From positions 1 through 44,878 of the forward strand of contig JAPXSN010000003.1 in NCBI GenBank assembly GCA_033813015.1: a stretch of DNA of 44,878 nucleotides, written 5' to 3'. The stretch comes from Clostridia bacterium. Its GTDB lineage: Bacteria > Bacillota > Clostridia > Christensenellales > CAG-138. The stretch's first letter is position 1. Every line of letters starts with the position of its first letter. The translations under genes were made by a program, and so were the position numbers. The notes under the pieces were generated by a model that saw only the letters and a program-made list of their open reading frames with translations, searched no databases and had not been told where the DNA came from. Below, in pieces: positions 34,503 through 42,163 of the stretch.

Positions 34503-34844
34503 TCAATCCCCAAAAATCTTCCCCATGAGCCTCGCGGCCTCCGCGTTGATGCCGGCCGCGAACGCCTCGTATTTATCCAGCATATCCCGCCCCTCGGGGG
34601 TCAGCTCCGCGCCGCCGCCGTGGTGCCCGCCCGTGGTCGAATTCAAGAGGCGCATGCCGAGCGCTTCCTCGCACTCCTTGATGATGCGCCACGCCTTCGA
34701 GTAGGCCATGCCCATCTCCGCCGCCGCGGCGCGCAGGCTGCGAGCGCCGTCCACGCGGCGCAGAAGCTCCGCGATGCCGGGCCCGAAGCACTTTTCTCCC
34801 CGGAACAACCGTACGGACAGCGAATATCGAAGCTTCTCCTCCAT
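34503..34844 (-). CDS. ModE N-terminal-like winged-helix transcriptional regulator
   Basis: 113 aa; GPGIAELLRRVDGARSLRAAAAEMGMAYSKAWRIIKECEEALG is the ModE/LysR-type HTH. Divergent from yqeC. The TGA stop is inside an ATTGACA heptad (34501-34507). Confidence 0.75.
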   Translation of the reverse strand: MEEKLRYSLSVRLFRGEKCFGPGIAELLRRVDGARSLRAAAAEMGMAYSKAWRIIKECEEALGMRLLNSTTGGHHGGGAELTPEGRDMLDKYEAFAAGINAEAARLMGKIFGD

Positions 34845-34887
34845 GGTGCGCCTCCTGTTTCTGCCATTATATCACAACGGTGCGCGG

Positions 34888-34915
34888 TTGACACGCGCCG
34901 CGCATGTGTTATACT
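34888..34915 (+). promoter_or_regulatory. promoter of yqeC-yqeB-selD
   Basis: TTGACA (34888-34893), 16-nt spacer, TGT-TATACT (extended -10, 34907-34915). Confidence 0.6.
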
Positions 34916-34932
34916 CATGCTGGAATAACGCT

Positions 34933-35637
34933 ATGAGAAAGCTCTTGTTTTACAGCAGAATGAACCTCTCCCGCGCCTTGGGCATAACTCCGGGCGTGAC
35001 GGCCATCGTCGGCTCCGGCGGCAAAACGACGCTGATGCTGCGCCTCGCCGCTGAGCTTTCGCGGTTTGCCCGCGTCGTCGTCGCGACGAGCACGCGCATC
35101 CGTCCTCCCGAGGGGATTCCCCTCGTCACGGGAGGACTGGGGGAGATCGCCGCCGCGCTCGCGGAGAGTCCGCCTGTCTGCGCGGGATCGTATGCGGAGT
35201 CCCAAAAGCTGTCCGCGCCGCGCGTTCCGTTTGGGGAGCTCGCGAAGCTTGCGGATTACGTCCTCGTCGAGGCGGACGGCGCGCGCAATCTGCCGCTTAA
35301 GGCGCATGCGGCGCACGAACCGGTTATACCCGGCGGCGCGCGCGTGATTTTCGTCGCGGGCGCTTCCGGCTTCGGCAAGACCGTCCGGGAGGCCGCGCAC
35401 AGGCCGGAGCTTTATTCGGCAAAGCTCGGCGTCGGCATGGATACGCTCGTCACGCCGGAGCTCGCGGCGCGCGCGGTCAGCGCGTACCTTCCGGGCGGCA
35501 CGGTGGTCGTCAATCAGGTGGACAATATAAGAACGCTCGCCCTTGCGGAGCGCTTCGCGGCAGCCTACGGCGCGGGCATGGTGCTCGCCGCGGCGCTTCG
35601 CGACAAACGCGCCGTCAAGGCGAAGTGGAGGGAATGA
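34933..35637 (+). CDS. yqeC: selenium-dependent hydroxylase accessory protein YqeC
   Basis: VTAIVGSGGKTTLMLRLAAEL P-loop and VEADGAR. No clear SD; the alternative start MNLSRALG at 34960 would fit the family N-terminus better. Confidence 0.75.
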   Translation: MRKLLFYSRMNLSRALGITPGVTAIVGSGGKTTLMLRLAAELSRFARVVVATSTRIRPPEGIPLVTGGLGEIAAALAESPPVCAGSYAESQKLSAPRVPFGELAKLADYVLVEADGARNLPLKAHAAHEPVIPGGARVIFVAGASGFGKTVREAAHRPELYSAKLGVGMDTLVTPELAARAVSAYLPGGTVVVNQVDNIRTLALAERFAAAYGAGMVLAAALRDKRAVKAKWRE

Positions 35638-35638
35638 C

Positions 35639-36430
35639 ATGCTGGTTTTGATCCGCGGGGCGGGTGACCTCGCCACGGGCGTCGCCATAAGGCTTTTTCA
35701 TGCGGGCATGCGCGTGGTCATGACGGACATTGCCGCGCCCACGGCCATTCGGCGAACGGTCGCCTTCTCCGAGGCCGTGCGTTATGGAGAAGCGGCGGTT
35801 GAGGGCGTGACGGCGCGCCTCGCGCGGGATGAGGCAGATGCGATGGAAATACTTCACGGCGGGAACATCGCCGTGCTCGTCGACCCGAGTGCGGAATGCC
35901 GCAAGGCGCTTCGCCCGGATGTACTCATTGACGCCATACTCGCCAAGCGCAACACGGGCACGGACATTTCGCACGCGCCGGTGGTGATTGCCCTCGGGCC
36001 CGGCTTCACGGCAGGGGTCGACTGCCACGCCGCCATAGAAACCATGCGCGGGCACGATTTAGGCAGGGTATATTACGAAGGCTCGCCGCTGCCGGATACC
36101 GGCACACCGGGCGAGATCGCGGGTCACGGCGCGGCGCGGGTGCTTCGCGCGCCCGCAGACGGCGTATTCAAAGCAATCAAGACCATCGGCGACACGCTCG
36201 AGGCCGGAGAGGCCGTCGCGCTCGTGGACGGAATCCCGATGAAGGCCGCGCTTTCGGGCGTGCTGCGCGGACTCCTCCCCGACGGCATCCACGTCCGGGC
36301 GGGCATGAAAAGCGGGGATGTCGACCCGCGCGGCAACAGGGAGGCCTGCTTCACCGTGTCCGACAAGGCGCGCAGTCTGGGCGGCGCGGCGCTCGAGGCA
36401 ATCTTGCATTTCACCAACGGAGGAATATGA
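35639..36430 (+). CDS. yqeB: selenium-dependent molybdenum cofactor biosynthesis protein YqeB
   Basis: MLVLIRGAGDLATGVAIRLFHAGMRVVMTD...RRTVAFSEAV, typical of the YqeB family. Starts 1 nt after the yqeC stop. Confidence 0.75.
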   Translation: MLVLIRGAGDLATGVAIRLFHAGMRVVMTDIAAPTAIRRTVAFSEAVRYGEAAVEGVTARLARDEADAMEILHGGNIAVLVDPSAECRKALRPDVLIDAILAKRNTGTDISHAPVVIALGPGFTAGVDCHAAIETMRGHDLGRVYYEGSPLPDTGTPGEIAGHGAARVLRAPADGVFKAIKTIGDTLEAGEAVALVDGIPMKAALSGVLRGLLPDGIHVRAGMKSGDVDPRGNREACFTVSDKARSLGGAALEAILHFTNGGI

Positions 36431-37470
36431 ATATGGAAATCGAAGTCAAACTCACCAAGCTCGCCAACTGCGCGGGCTGCGGCGCGAAGGTCGGCGCGGG
36501 CACGCTCGCAAAGCTGCTGGGCGACTTTCCGCCCGAAGCGGACCCGAATTTGCTCGTGGGCTTCGACCATGCGGACGACGCCTCGGTCTACCGCGTGTCG
36601 GATACGCTCGCGCTCGTGCAGACGCTCGACTTTTTCCCGCCCATCGCGGACGACCCGTATACCTACGGGCGCATCGCGGCGGCCAACGCGCTCTCGGACG
36701 TTTACGCCATGGGCGGAACGCCGAAGCTCGCACAGAACATACTCGCCATCCCCGAGGATATGCCGGGCGAGGCCGTCCGGGAAATACTCCGCGGCGGGTT
36801 CGACGCGGCGCGCGAGGCGGGTGCGCTCATCACGGGCGGCCACAGCATTTTCGACGAGGAGCCAAAGTACGGCATGTGCGTCACGGGCTTCGTGCACCCG
36901 GCTAAAGTGCTCACCAACGCGGGCGCGAAGGCCGGGGATGTGCTTTTCCTCACCAAGCCCCTCGGCTGCGGCGTCATCACGACCGCCGCAAAGGCCGGGC
37001 GCTGCCCGGAGGAATCGCTCAAAGCGGCCATCGCGAGCATGACGCGGCTCAACAAGTACGCCGCCGAGGCCATGGCCGGTTTTCGCACGCACGCCTGCAC
37101 GGATGTGACGGGCTTTTCGCTCATGGGCCACGCGCTCGAAATGGCGCAGGCATCCAAAGTGACTATGGAGTTCACGGCTTGCGCGATTCCGCTTTTGCCC
37201 GGCGCGCTGGAGCTCGCCCGCGAAGGGCTGCTGCCCGGCGGCATGTACCGCAACCGCGCGTTCGCCGAAGCCTATGTGGAGGCGGAGGGGTTGGAGCAGG
37301 CGTTCGTTGACCTGCTCTTCGACCCGCAGACCTCGGGCGGGCTGCTCGTTGCCATGGACCCCGTTGACGCGGACGCGTTTGAGGCGCAGCTTTGCGAAAA
37401 AGCGCCGCTCGCGCGGCGCGTGGGGTTTGTGCGGGAGTCCTCACTCGGCAAAATCATCGTGCTTGCCTGA
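36427..37470 (+). CDS. selD: selenide, water dikinase (Cys-type, no in-frame TGA)
   Basis: KLANCAGCGAKVG active-site loop and an AIR-synthase-like fold (DDASVY, DFFPPIADDPYTYGRIAAANALSDVYAMGG). Its ATGA overlaps the yqeB stop. Confidence 0.9.
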   Translation: MNMEIEVKLTKLANCAGCGAKVGAGTLAKLLGDFPPEADPNLLVGFDHADDASVYRVSDTLALVQTLDFFPPIADDPYTYGRIAAANALSDVYAMGGTPKLAQNILAIPEDMPGEAVREILRGGFDAAREAGALITGGHSIFDEEPKYGMCVTGFVHPAKVLTNAGAKAGDVLFLTKPLGCGVITTAAKAGRCPEESLKAAIASMTRLNKYAAEAMAGFRTHACTDVTGFSLMGHALEMAQASKVTMEFTACAIPLLPGALELAREGLLPGGMYRNRAFAEAYVEAEGLEQAFVDLLFDPQTSGGLLVAMDPVDADAFEAQLCEKAPLARRVGFVRESSLGKIIVLA

Positions 37471-38559
37471 GGCGCGTTTTTTCCGCCTGCTCTCGTAGAG
37501 CGCGGAGCGGATGGCGGAGAGCACCTCGTCCGTGCCGTCGGCGAGCGCTTCGGCGCTCATGGTCGCCACAAAAGAGAGGCGGCGGTCATACAGATCGTTG
37601 ACCGCGTCGAGCAGCGTTTTCGGCGAGAGCTTCTCCTGCTCCAGCACCATGGAATAGCCTTTTCTTGCAAAGTAGCCCGCGTTGAGTATCTGGTCGCCCC
37701 GGCTCGCGGAGAGCGGCAGGGGAATCAGCAGCGCGGGTTTTGCGAGCGCGAGGAACTCGAACACCGCGTTCGCCCCCGCGCGGGAGACCGCGAGGTCCGT
37801 CGCGGCGAACACATCAGGCAGCTCGGGGCCGACGAACTCGAACTGGCGGTAGCAGTCCTCGCACAGAAGCTTCGCGTCCACCTTATCCTTGCCGCACAGG
37901 TGCACGACGTCGAAGCTTCTTGTGAGCGCATCGAGGCTTCCGCGCACGGCGTCGTTGATGGCCGCGGCGCCTAAACTGCCGCCCATGACGAGCAGCACGG
38001 GCTTCGCCCCGGAAAAGCCGAGGAATTCGAGGCCCTTGGCGCGCCTACCTAGGTACAGCTCCGGCCGTATGGGCGTGCCCGTATGCACGCCTTTTTCACC
38101 GGTATATTTGAGCGTATCCTCGAAGGTGACGCATATGGTCGTAGCAAAGCGCGCGTTTATCCTGTTGGCGAGGCCGGGCGTATAGTCCGATTCGTGCGTC
38201 ACGACGGGCACGCCCTGCGCTCTGGCCGCGAGCACCACGGGCACGCTCACGAAACCGCCCTTGCTGAACACGACGTCGGGCTTGACTTTTTTTATGACCG
38301 CGCCCGCCTCGGCGACGCCCGCTATCACACGGAAGGGATCCGTGAAGTTCTTCCAGTCGAAGTAGCGGCGGAGCTTTCCCGAACGGATGGCGTGGTAGTT
38401 TATGCCCGGGCGGCCCTCGATGAGCGCGCGCTCGATGCCGTCCTTCGTGCCGACGTAGTGCAGCTCGCACCCCTCGGTGAGAAGCTGCGGGAAGAGCGCG
38501 AGGTTGGGTGTGACGTGTCCGGCGGAGCCGCCGCCGGTAAAGAGTATCTTTTTCTTCAT
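37441..38559 (-). CDS. murG: UDP-N-acetylglucosamine--N-acetylmuramyl-(pentapeptide) pyrophosphoryl-undecaprenol GlcNAc transferase
   Basis: ILFTGGGSAGHVTPNLAL and GGSLGAAAIN; 372 aa. The last 30 nt overlap the 3' end of selD on the opposite strand. Confidence 0.9.
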   Translation of the reverse strand: MKKKILFTGGGSAGHVTPNLALFPQLLTEGCELHYVGTKDGIERALIEGRPGINYHAIRSGKLRRYFDWKNFTDPFRVIAGVAEAGAVIKKVKPDVVFSKGGFVSVPVVLAARAQGVPVVTHESDYTPGLANRINARFATTICVTFEDTLKYTGEKGVHTGTPIRPELYLGRRAKGLEFLGFSGAKPVLLVMGGSLGAAAINDAVRGSLDALTRSFDVVHLCGKDKVDAKLLCEDCYRQFEFVGPELPDVFAATDLAVSRAGANAVFEFLALAKPALLIPLPLSASRGDQILNAGYFARKGYSMVLEQEKLSPKTLLDAVNDLYDRRLSFVATMSAEALADGTDEVLSAIRSALYESRRKKRASGKHDDFAE

Positions 38560-38695
38560 GCTTGCCTTTCGGTGGGGGCGCGCCCCCCGTTTGTTGCCTG
38601 AAAGCGGAAATAATTATACCATCGGACGCGGTTTTATGCTATATTAGTATGACAGAATCCGTCGGAAATCCGGCGGGCGGCAGGGGAGGCCACGC

Positions 38696-40051
38696 ATGCG
38701 CGATTTCAGGGAGTGCGACCCGACTAAGGGGGCCGAGCGGATCGCGGCGCTCACGTCAAGGCTTACGGTGCTCCGGGATGAAACCGGGGGGCCTTTGGAT
38801 ATTCTGCGCGAATTCGCCTATACCCTGAGCGTGGGCGACACGCCGGGCGCATACCGCGTCTACCACGACCTCGCCCGGGCGCTGCTTCTGTGCGGAGCGC
38901 GCAGGGTCAGCGGCGACCTTTTTATGGATTATCTCCTCTGGCTCGTCCTCGCTCGGGAGCACGCCTTCGCGCTCATGGCGGCTTCGGGCCGCCTGGAAGC
39001 GCCCGAGCAGCTCGCCATGAAGGCGGACCTCGCGGCGCTGGGCGAGCTTGCGACTCTCGCGAGCGCGGATCTCGTGCGCATGGCAAACGAAAGGCACCGC
39101 GAGCTGCAGCTTCGCACGCGCTATCCCAAGGACGATATTTCCGCCATGTCCACCGCGCTTTGGAGCGGCTCCGCGCCGCGCCCCGTCCAGCAGGAGCAGA
39201 AGCCCAACGGGCTGCCCGCTTCCATCGCGCTTCCGCCCGAGCAGGAGTGGCTGCCCTGGCATTACGGCGAGCAGTCCTTTCCCGGCGAATGGGCTGCGGA
39301 CGAGGCGCTCGAGGAGGTATACCTTCGCCTGCTCAAGGCGCCTGACTGGCGCGGTGCGTGCGACGATCTTTGGAACCTGTTCGCGTCCTACGGCAGCGGG
39401 GATTTCCTCAAGTCGCGCGTGTTCTTTGTCAAGGGCGGCGCGCTCCTGCCCGCCGAGAGCACGCCGTGGGTCTGCCCTGTGTCGTACTACGACGCGCAAA
39501 GGCTCAGGCTCACCGAAAGCGTCATCGCCTTCATGCGCGGGGAGGCCGCCTCCCACGCGCTGATCTACGGCCCCGAGGGCTGCGGCAAGACAGCGCTCGC
39601 GCTCAACCTCGCCGAGGACCTGCCCGAGCTTCGCGTCGTCGTCGTGGACGACCCGGCGAACGCGGATGTGTTCTGGCTCATCGAAAAGCTCCGCCGCGAG
39701 CCGCTGCGCTTTTTGCTGCTGCTCGACGGCGTGGACGCGGATGCCTGCGCGTCCAAGGTGCTCCTTTGCGCCTGTAGCCGCGGCGGGCTGCCGCAAAACG
39801 TGCTGCTCGCCGCAACCTCGAGGGAGCCGGGCTCGCCGGGAACCTTCCCGCTGACGATCGAGATGAAATACCCGCGCATATCGGACTTCATCGACATCGT
39901 GTGCGAGCTGTTGGAAACGCAGGATGAGCCGTTCGACCGGCAGGAGGTCAGGAATCTCTGCGTCGATTTGCAGGTCGATGCGCGGGAAAAGCTCACCATG
40001 ACCGCCGCCGTGGCCGCCGCAAACAGATACAAAGCCCAAAAAGGGCGTTAA
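38696..40051 (+). CDS. DUF815-like P-loop ATPase with long unknown N-terminal region
   Basis: 451 aa. The C-terminal third has HALIYGPEGCGKTALALNLAEDL (Walker A), LRFLLLLDGVD (Walker B-like) and NVLLAATSRE, laid out as in the DUF815 family. GGGGAGG RBS. Confidence 0.6.
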   Translation: MRDFRECDPTKGAERIAALTSRLTVLRDETGGPLDILREFAYTLSVGDTPGAYRVYHDLARALLLCGARRVSGDLFMDYLLWLVLAREHAFALMAASGRLEAPEQLAMKADLAALGELATLASADLVRMANERHRELQLRTRYPKDDISAMSTALWSGSAPRPVQQEQKPNGLPASIALPPEQEWLPWHYGEQSFPGEWAADEALEEVYLRLLKAPDWRGACDDLWNLFASYGSGDFLKSRVFFVKGGALLPAESTPWVCPVSYYDAQRLRLTESVIAFMRGEAASHALIYGPEGCGKTALALNLAEDLPELRVVVVDDPANADVFWLIEKLRREPLRFLLLLDGVDADACASKVLLCACSRGGLPQNVLLAATSREPGSPGTFPLTIEMKYPRISDFIDIVCELLETQDEPFDRQEVRNLCVDLQVDAREKLTMTAAVAAANRYKAQKGR

Positions 40052-40062
40052 GAAAGGTTTTT

Positions 40063-41460
40063 ATGCAAGTCTACAACACCATGACAAGAAAAAAAGAGGA
40101 GCTCGTGCCCCTCACCCCCGGCGTGATCCGCATGTATGTGTGCGGGCCGACGGTCTATAATTTCTTTCACATAGGCAACGCGCGTCCCTTCGTCGTGTTC
40201 GACACGCTGCGCCGTTATCTCGAGTATAAGGGCTACAAGGTCGTCCTCGCGCAGAACTTCACGGATATCGACGACAAGCTCATCAACCGCGCCAACGCCG
40301 AAGGCACGACCGTCCCCGAGATCGCCGAGCGCTACATCAAGGAGTATTACCGGGATGCGGACGCGCTTTCCATAGAGCGCGCGACGGTCAATCCCCGCGC
40401 GACCGAGCATGTGGATGAGATCATAGCGCTCGTCGAGACCCTCATCGGGCGCGGCCACGCCTACGCCGCGGACAACGGGGATGTGTACTTCTCCGTCAGG
40501 AGCTACCCTGAATACGGAAAGCTCTCCGGCCAGTCGATAGACGATCTCGAGAGCGGCGCGCGCATCGACCCGACCGAGCACAAGCGCGATCCCCTAGACT
40601 TCGCGGTGTGGAAGGGCGCGAAGCCCGGCGAGCCGAGCTGGGAGTCCCCCTGGGGCAAGGGACGGCCGGGCTGGCACATCGAGTGCTCCGCCATGAGCAT
40701 GAACATTTTGGGCGAAACCTTCGACATTCACGCGGGCGGGCAGGATCTCGTTTTCCCGCACCATGAGAACGAAATCGCCCAGAGCGAGGCCGCCACAGGC
40801 AAGCCCTTTGCGCGCTACTGGATGCACAACGGCTACATCAACATCAACAACGAGAAGATGAGTAAGTCCCTGGGCAATTTCCTGCTCGTGCGCGACATCG
40901 CAAAGGAGTTTGACCTCGAGGCGGTGCGGCTGTTCCTCTTGGGCGCCCAATACCGGAATCCCGTCAACTTCTCGCGCGAGCTCATCGAGCAGGCGGACAC
41001 CGCGCTTTCGCGCATCCGCACCGCCCGCGAGCGGCTCGACGACGCTATGAAAAAACCGGCCGAAGCGCCGGACCCGGAGGACGCGGCCTTCCTCGCCTCT
41101 GTGCCGGAGTTCCGCGCGCGCTGGGAGGAGGCCATGGACGACGACCTCAACACCGCGGACGCGCTGGGCGTGCTCTTCGACTTCACGCGCAGCCTAAACA
41201 GCTTTGTCAGCGAGCCGCGCGGCATTGAGGCGCTCGAAGCAGCGGACGCCTTCATGAAGGACGTCTGCCGCGTGATGGGCCTTTTACAGCACAGGCGCGA
41301 GGAGGAATTCCCCTTAGAGGCGCTTGCGCTTCTCGCTCAGCGCGGGGCCGCGCGCGCCGCCAGGGACTGGGCGCGCGCCGACGCCATACGAGAGGAGCTC
41401 AAGGCGCTCGGCTTCGCCGTGGAGGATGGGAAAGACGGCGCGAAGCTCAAAAGGCTTTGA
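40063..41460 (+). CDS. cysS: cysteine--tRNA ligase
   Basis: HIGNARP (HIGH), KMSKSLGN (KMSKS), GWHIECSAMS zinc site. Confidence 0.95.
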   Translation: MQVYNTMTRKKEELVPLTPGVIRMYVCGPTVYNFFHIGNARPFVVFDTLRRYLEYKGYKVVLAQNFTDIDDKLINRANAEGTTVPEIAERYIKEYYRDADALSIERATVNPRATEHVDEIIALVETLIGRGHAYAADNGDVYFSVRSYPEYGKLSGQSIDDLESGARIDPTEHKRDPLDFAVWKGAKPGEPSWESPWGKGRPGWHIECSAMSMNILGETFDIHAGGQDLVFPHHENEIAQSEAATGKPFARYWMHNGYININNEKMSKSLGNFLLVRDIAKEFDLEAVRLFLLGAQYRNPVNFSRELIEQADTALSRIRTARERLDDAMKKPAEAPDPEDAAFLASVPEFRARWEEAMDDDLNTADALGVLFDFTRSLNSFVSEPRGIEALEAADAFMKDVCRVMGLLQHRREEEFPLEALALLAQRGAARAARDWARADAIREELKALGFAVEDGKDGAKLKRL

Positions 41461-41554
41461 GCATAGGTTAACATTGTTTGAACTTTAAGTTTCGGGGGTT
41501 TATTCAGGCTTCCGGAATGGTATTATATGTATTACTTGGAAATGGAGATGTTCT

Positions 41555-42124
41555 ATGGCACACCTGGCATTCGCAACGCTCCTTATGGACGGCGCGGCGA
41601 CGTCGTCCGAAGCGGCCGCAACCGACTCCCCCGGCATCGTGATGGTGCTTTTCAAGGCGATCATCGCGGTATACCTGCTCGCGGGCGCCATCCGCGGCAA
41701 GGGCAAGCTCATCGACAACCAGTTTCCCAAGTGCAAGCCCGAGACCTATCGGCTCATAATGCGACTCATCTGCGCGTTCGCGGCGCTCGTGATCCTCGCC
41801 AACAGCGCCTTTGAGTTCCTCGCGGACACGACCTACCTCCCGCTGACGCCTGAGCAGTACAGCTTCATCAACACCGTTCTCTGGGCGGTCGGCCTCGTGG
41901 GTCTGCTTGCGCTGATCGTGGTGAACATCGTGCTCACCGACCGCAAGGCCATGGATGAGGCGCGAAAGAAGCAGGAGCAGGAACGCCTCGGCTCCAATAA
42001 GGGCGATCGCCTGCGCGCGGCGTTCGTCTTTGACGAGGAAGAGGAAAAGCAGGGCGAGTTCACGCGCAAGACCGGCGCGGACGAGGGCGCTGCGGACGAC
42101 GGAAATCCAAACGGTCAGGCCTGA
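41555..42124 (+). CDS. hypothetical membrane protein with acidic/basic cytoplasmic tail
   Basis: 189 aa; three predicted TM helices, then RKKQEQERLGSNKGD...DEEEEKQGE. GGAG RBS 7 nt upstream. No recognisable family. Confidence 0.55.
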   Translation: MAHLAFATLLMDGAATSSEAAATDSPGIVMVLFKAIIAVYLLAGAIRGKGKLIDNQFPKCKPETYRLIMRLICAFAALVILANSAFEFLADTTYLPLTPEQYSFINTVLWAVGLVGLLALIVVNIVLTDRKAMDEARKKQEQERLGSNKGDRLRAAFVFDEEEEKQGEFTRKTGADEGAADDGNPNGQA

Positions 42125-42163
42125 GCTGAAAAAGCACCCCTCACAAAAGGAAAGGACATACAT

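Noticed and set aside
36460-36480. A selenocysteine (in-frame TGA) in SelD or a SECIS element nearby.
   Set aside because: The active-site loop is encoded as Cys (NCAGCGAK) with ordinary TGC codons, there is no in-frame TGA, and no selA/selB genes are in the window.
38574-38587. The 14-nt perfect palindrome GGGGGCGCGCCCCC in the murG/ATPase divergent region, as a candidate operator or terminator.
   Set aside because: It is a single occurrence with no adjacent T tract on either strand and no second half-site. GC palindromes of this size are not rare in GC-rich DNA. It is noted only as context in the ATPase finding.
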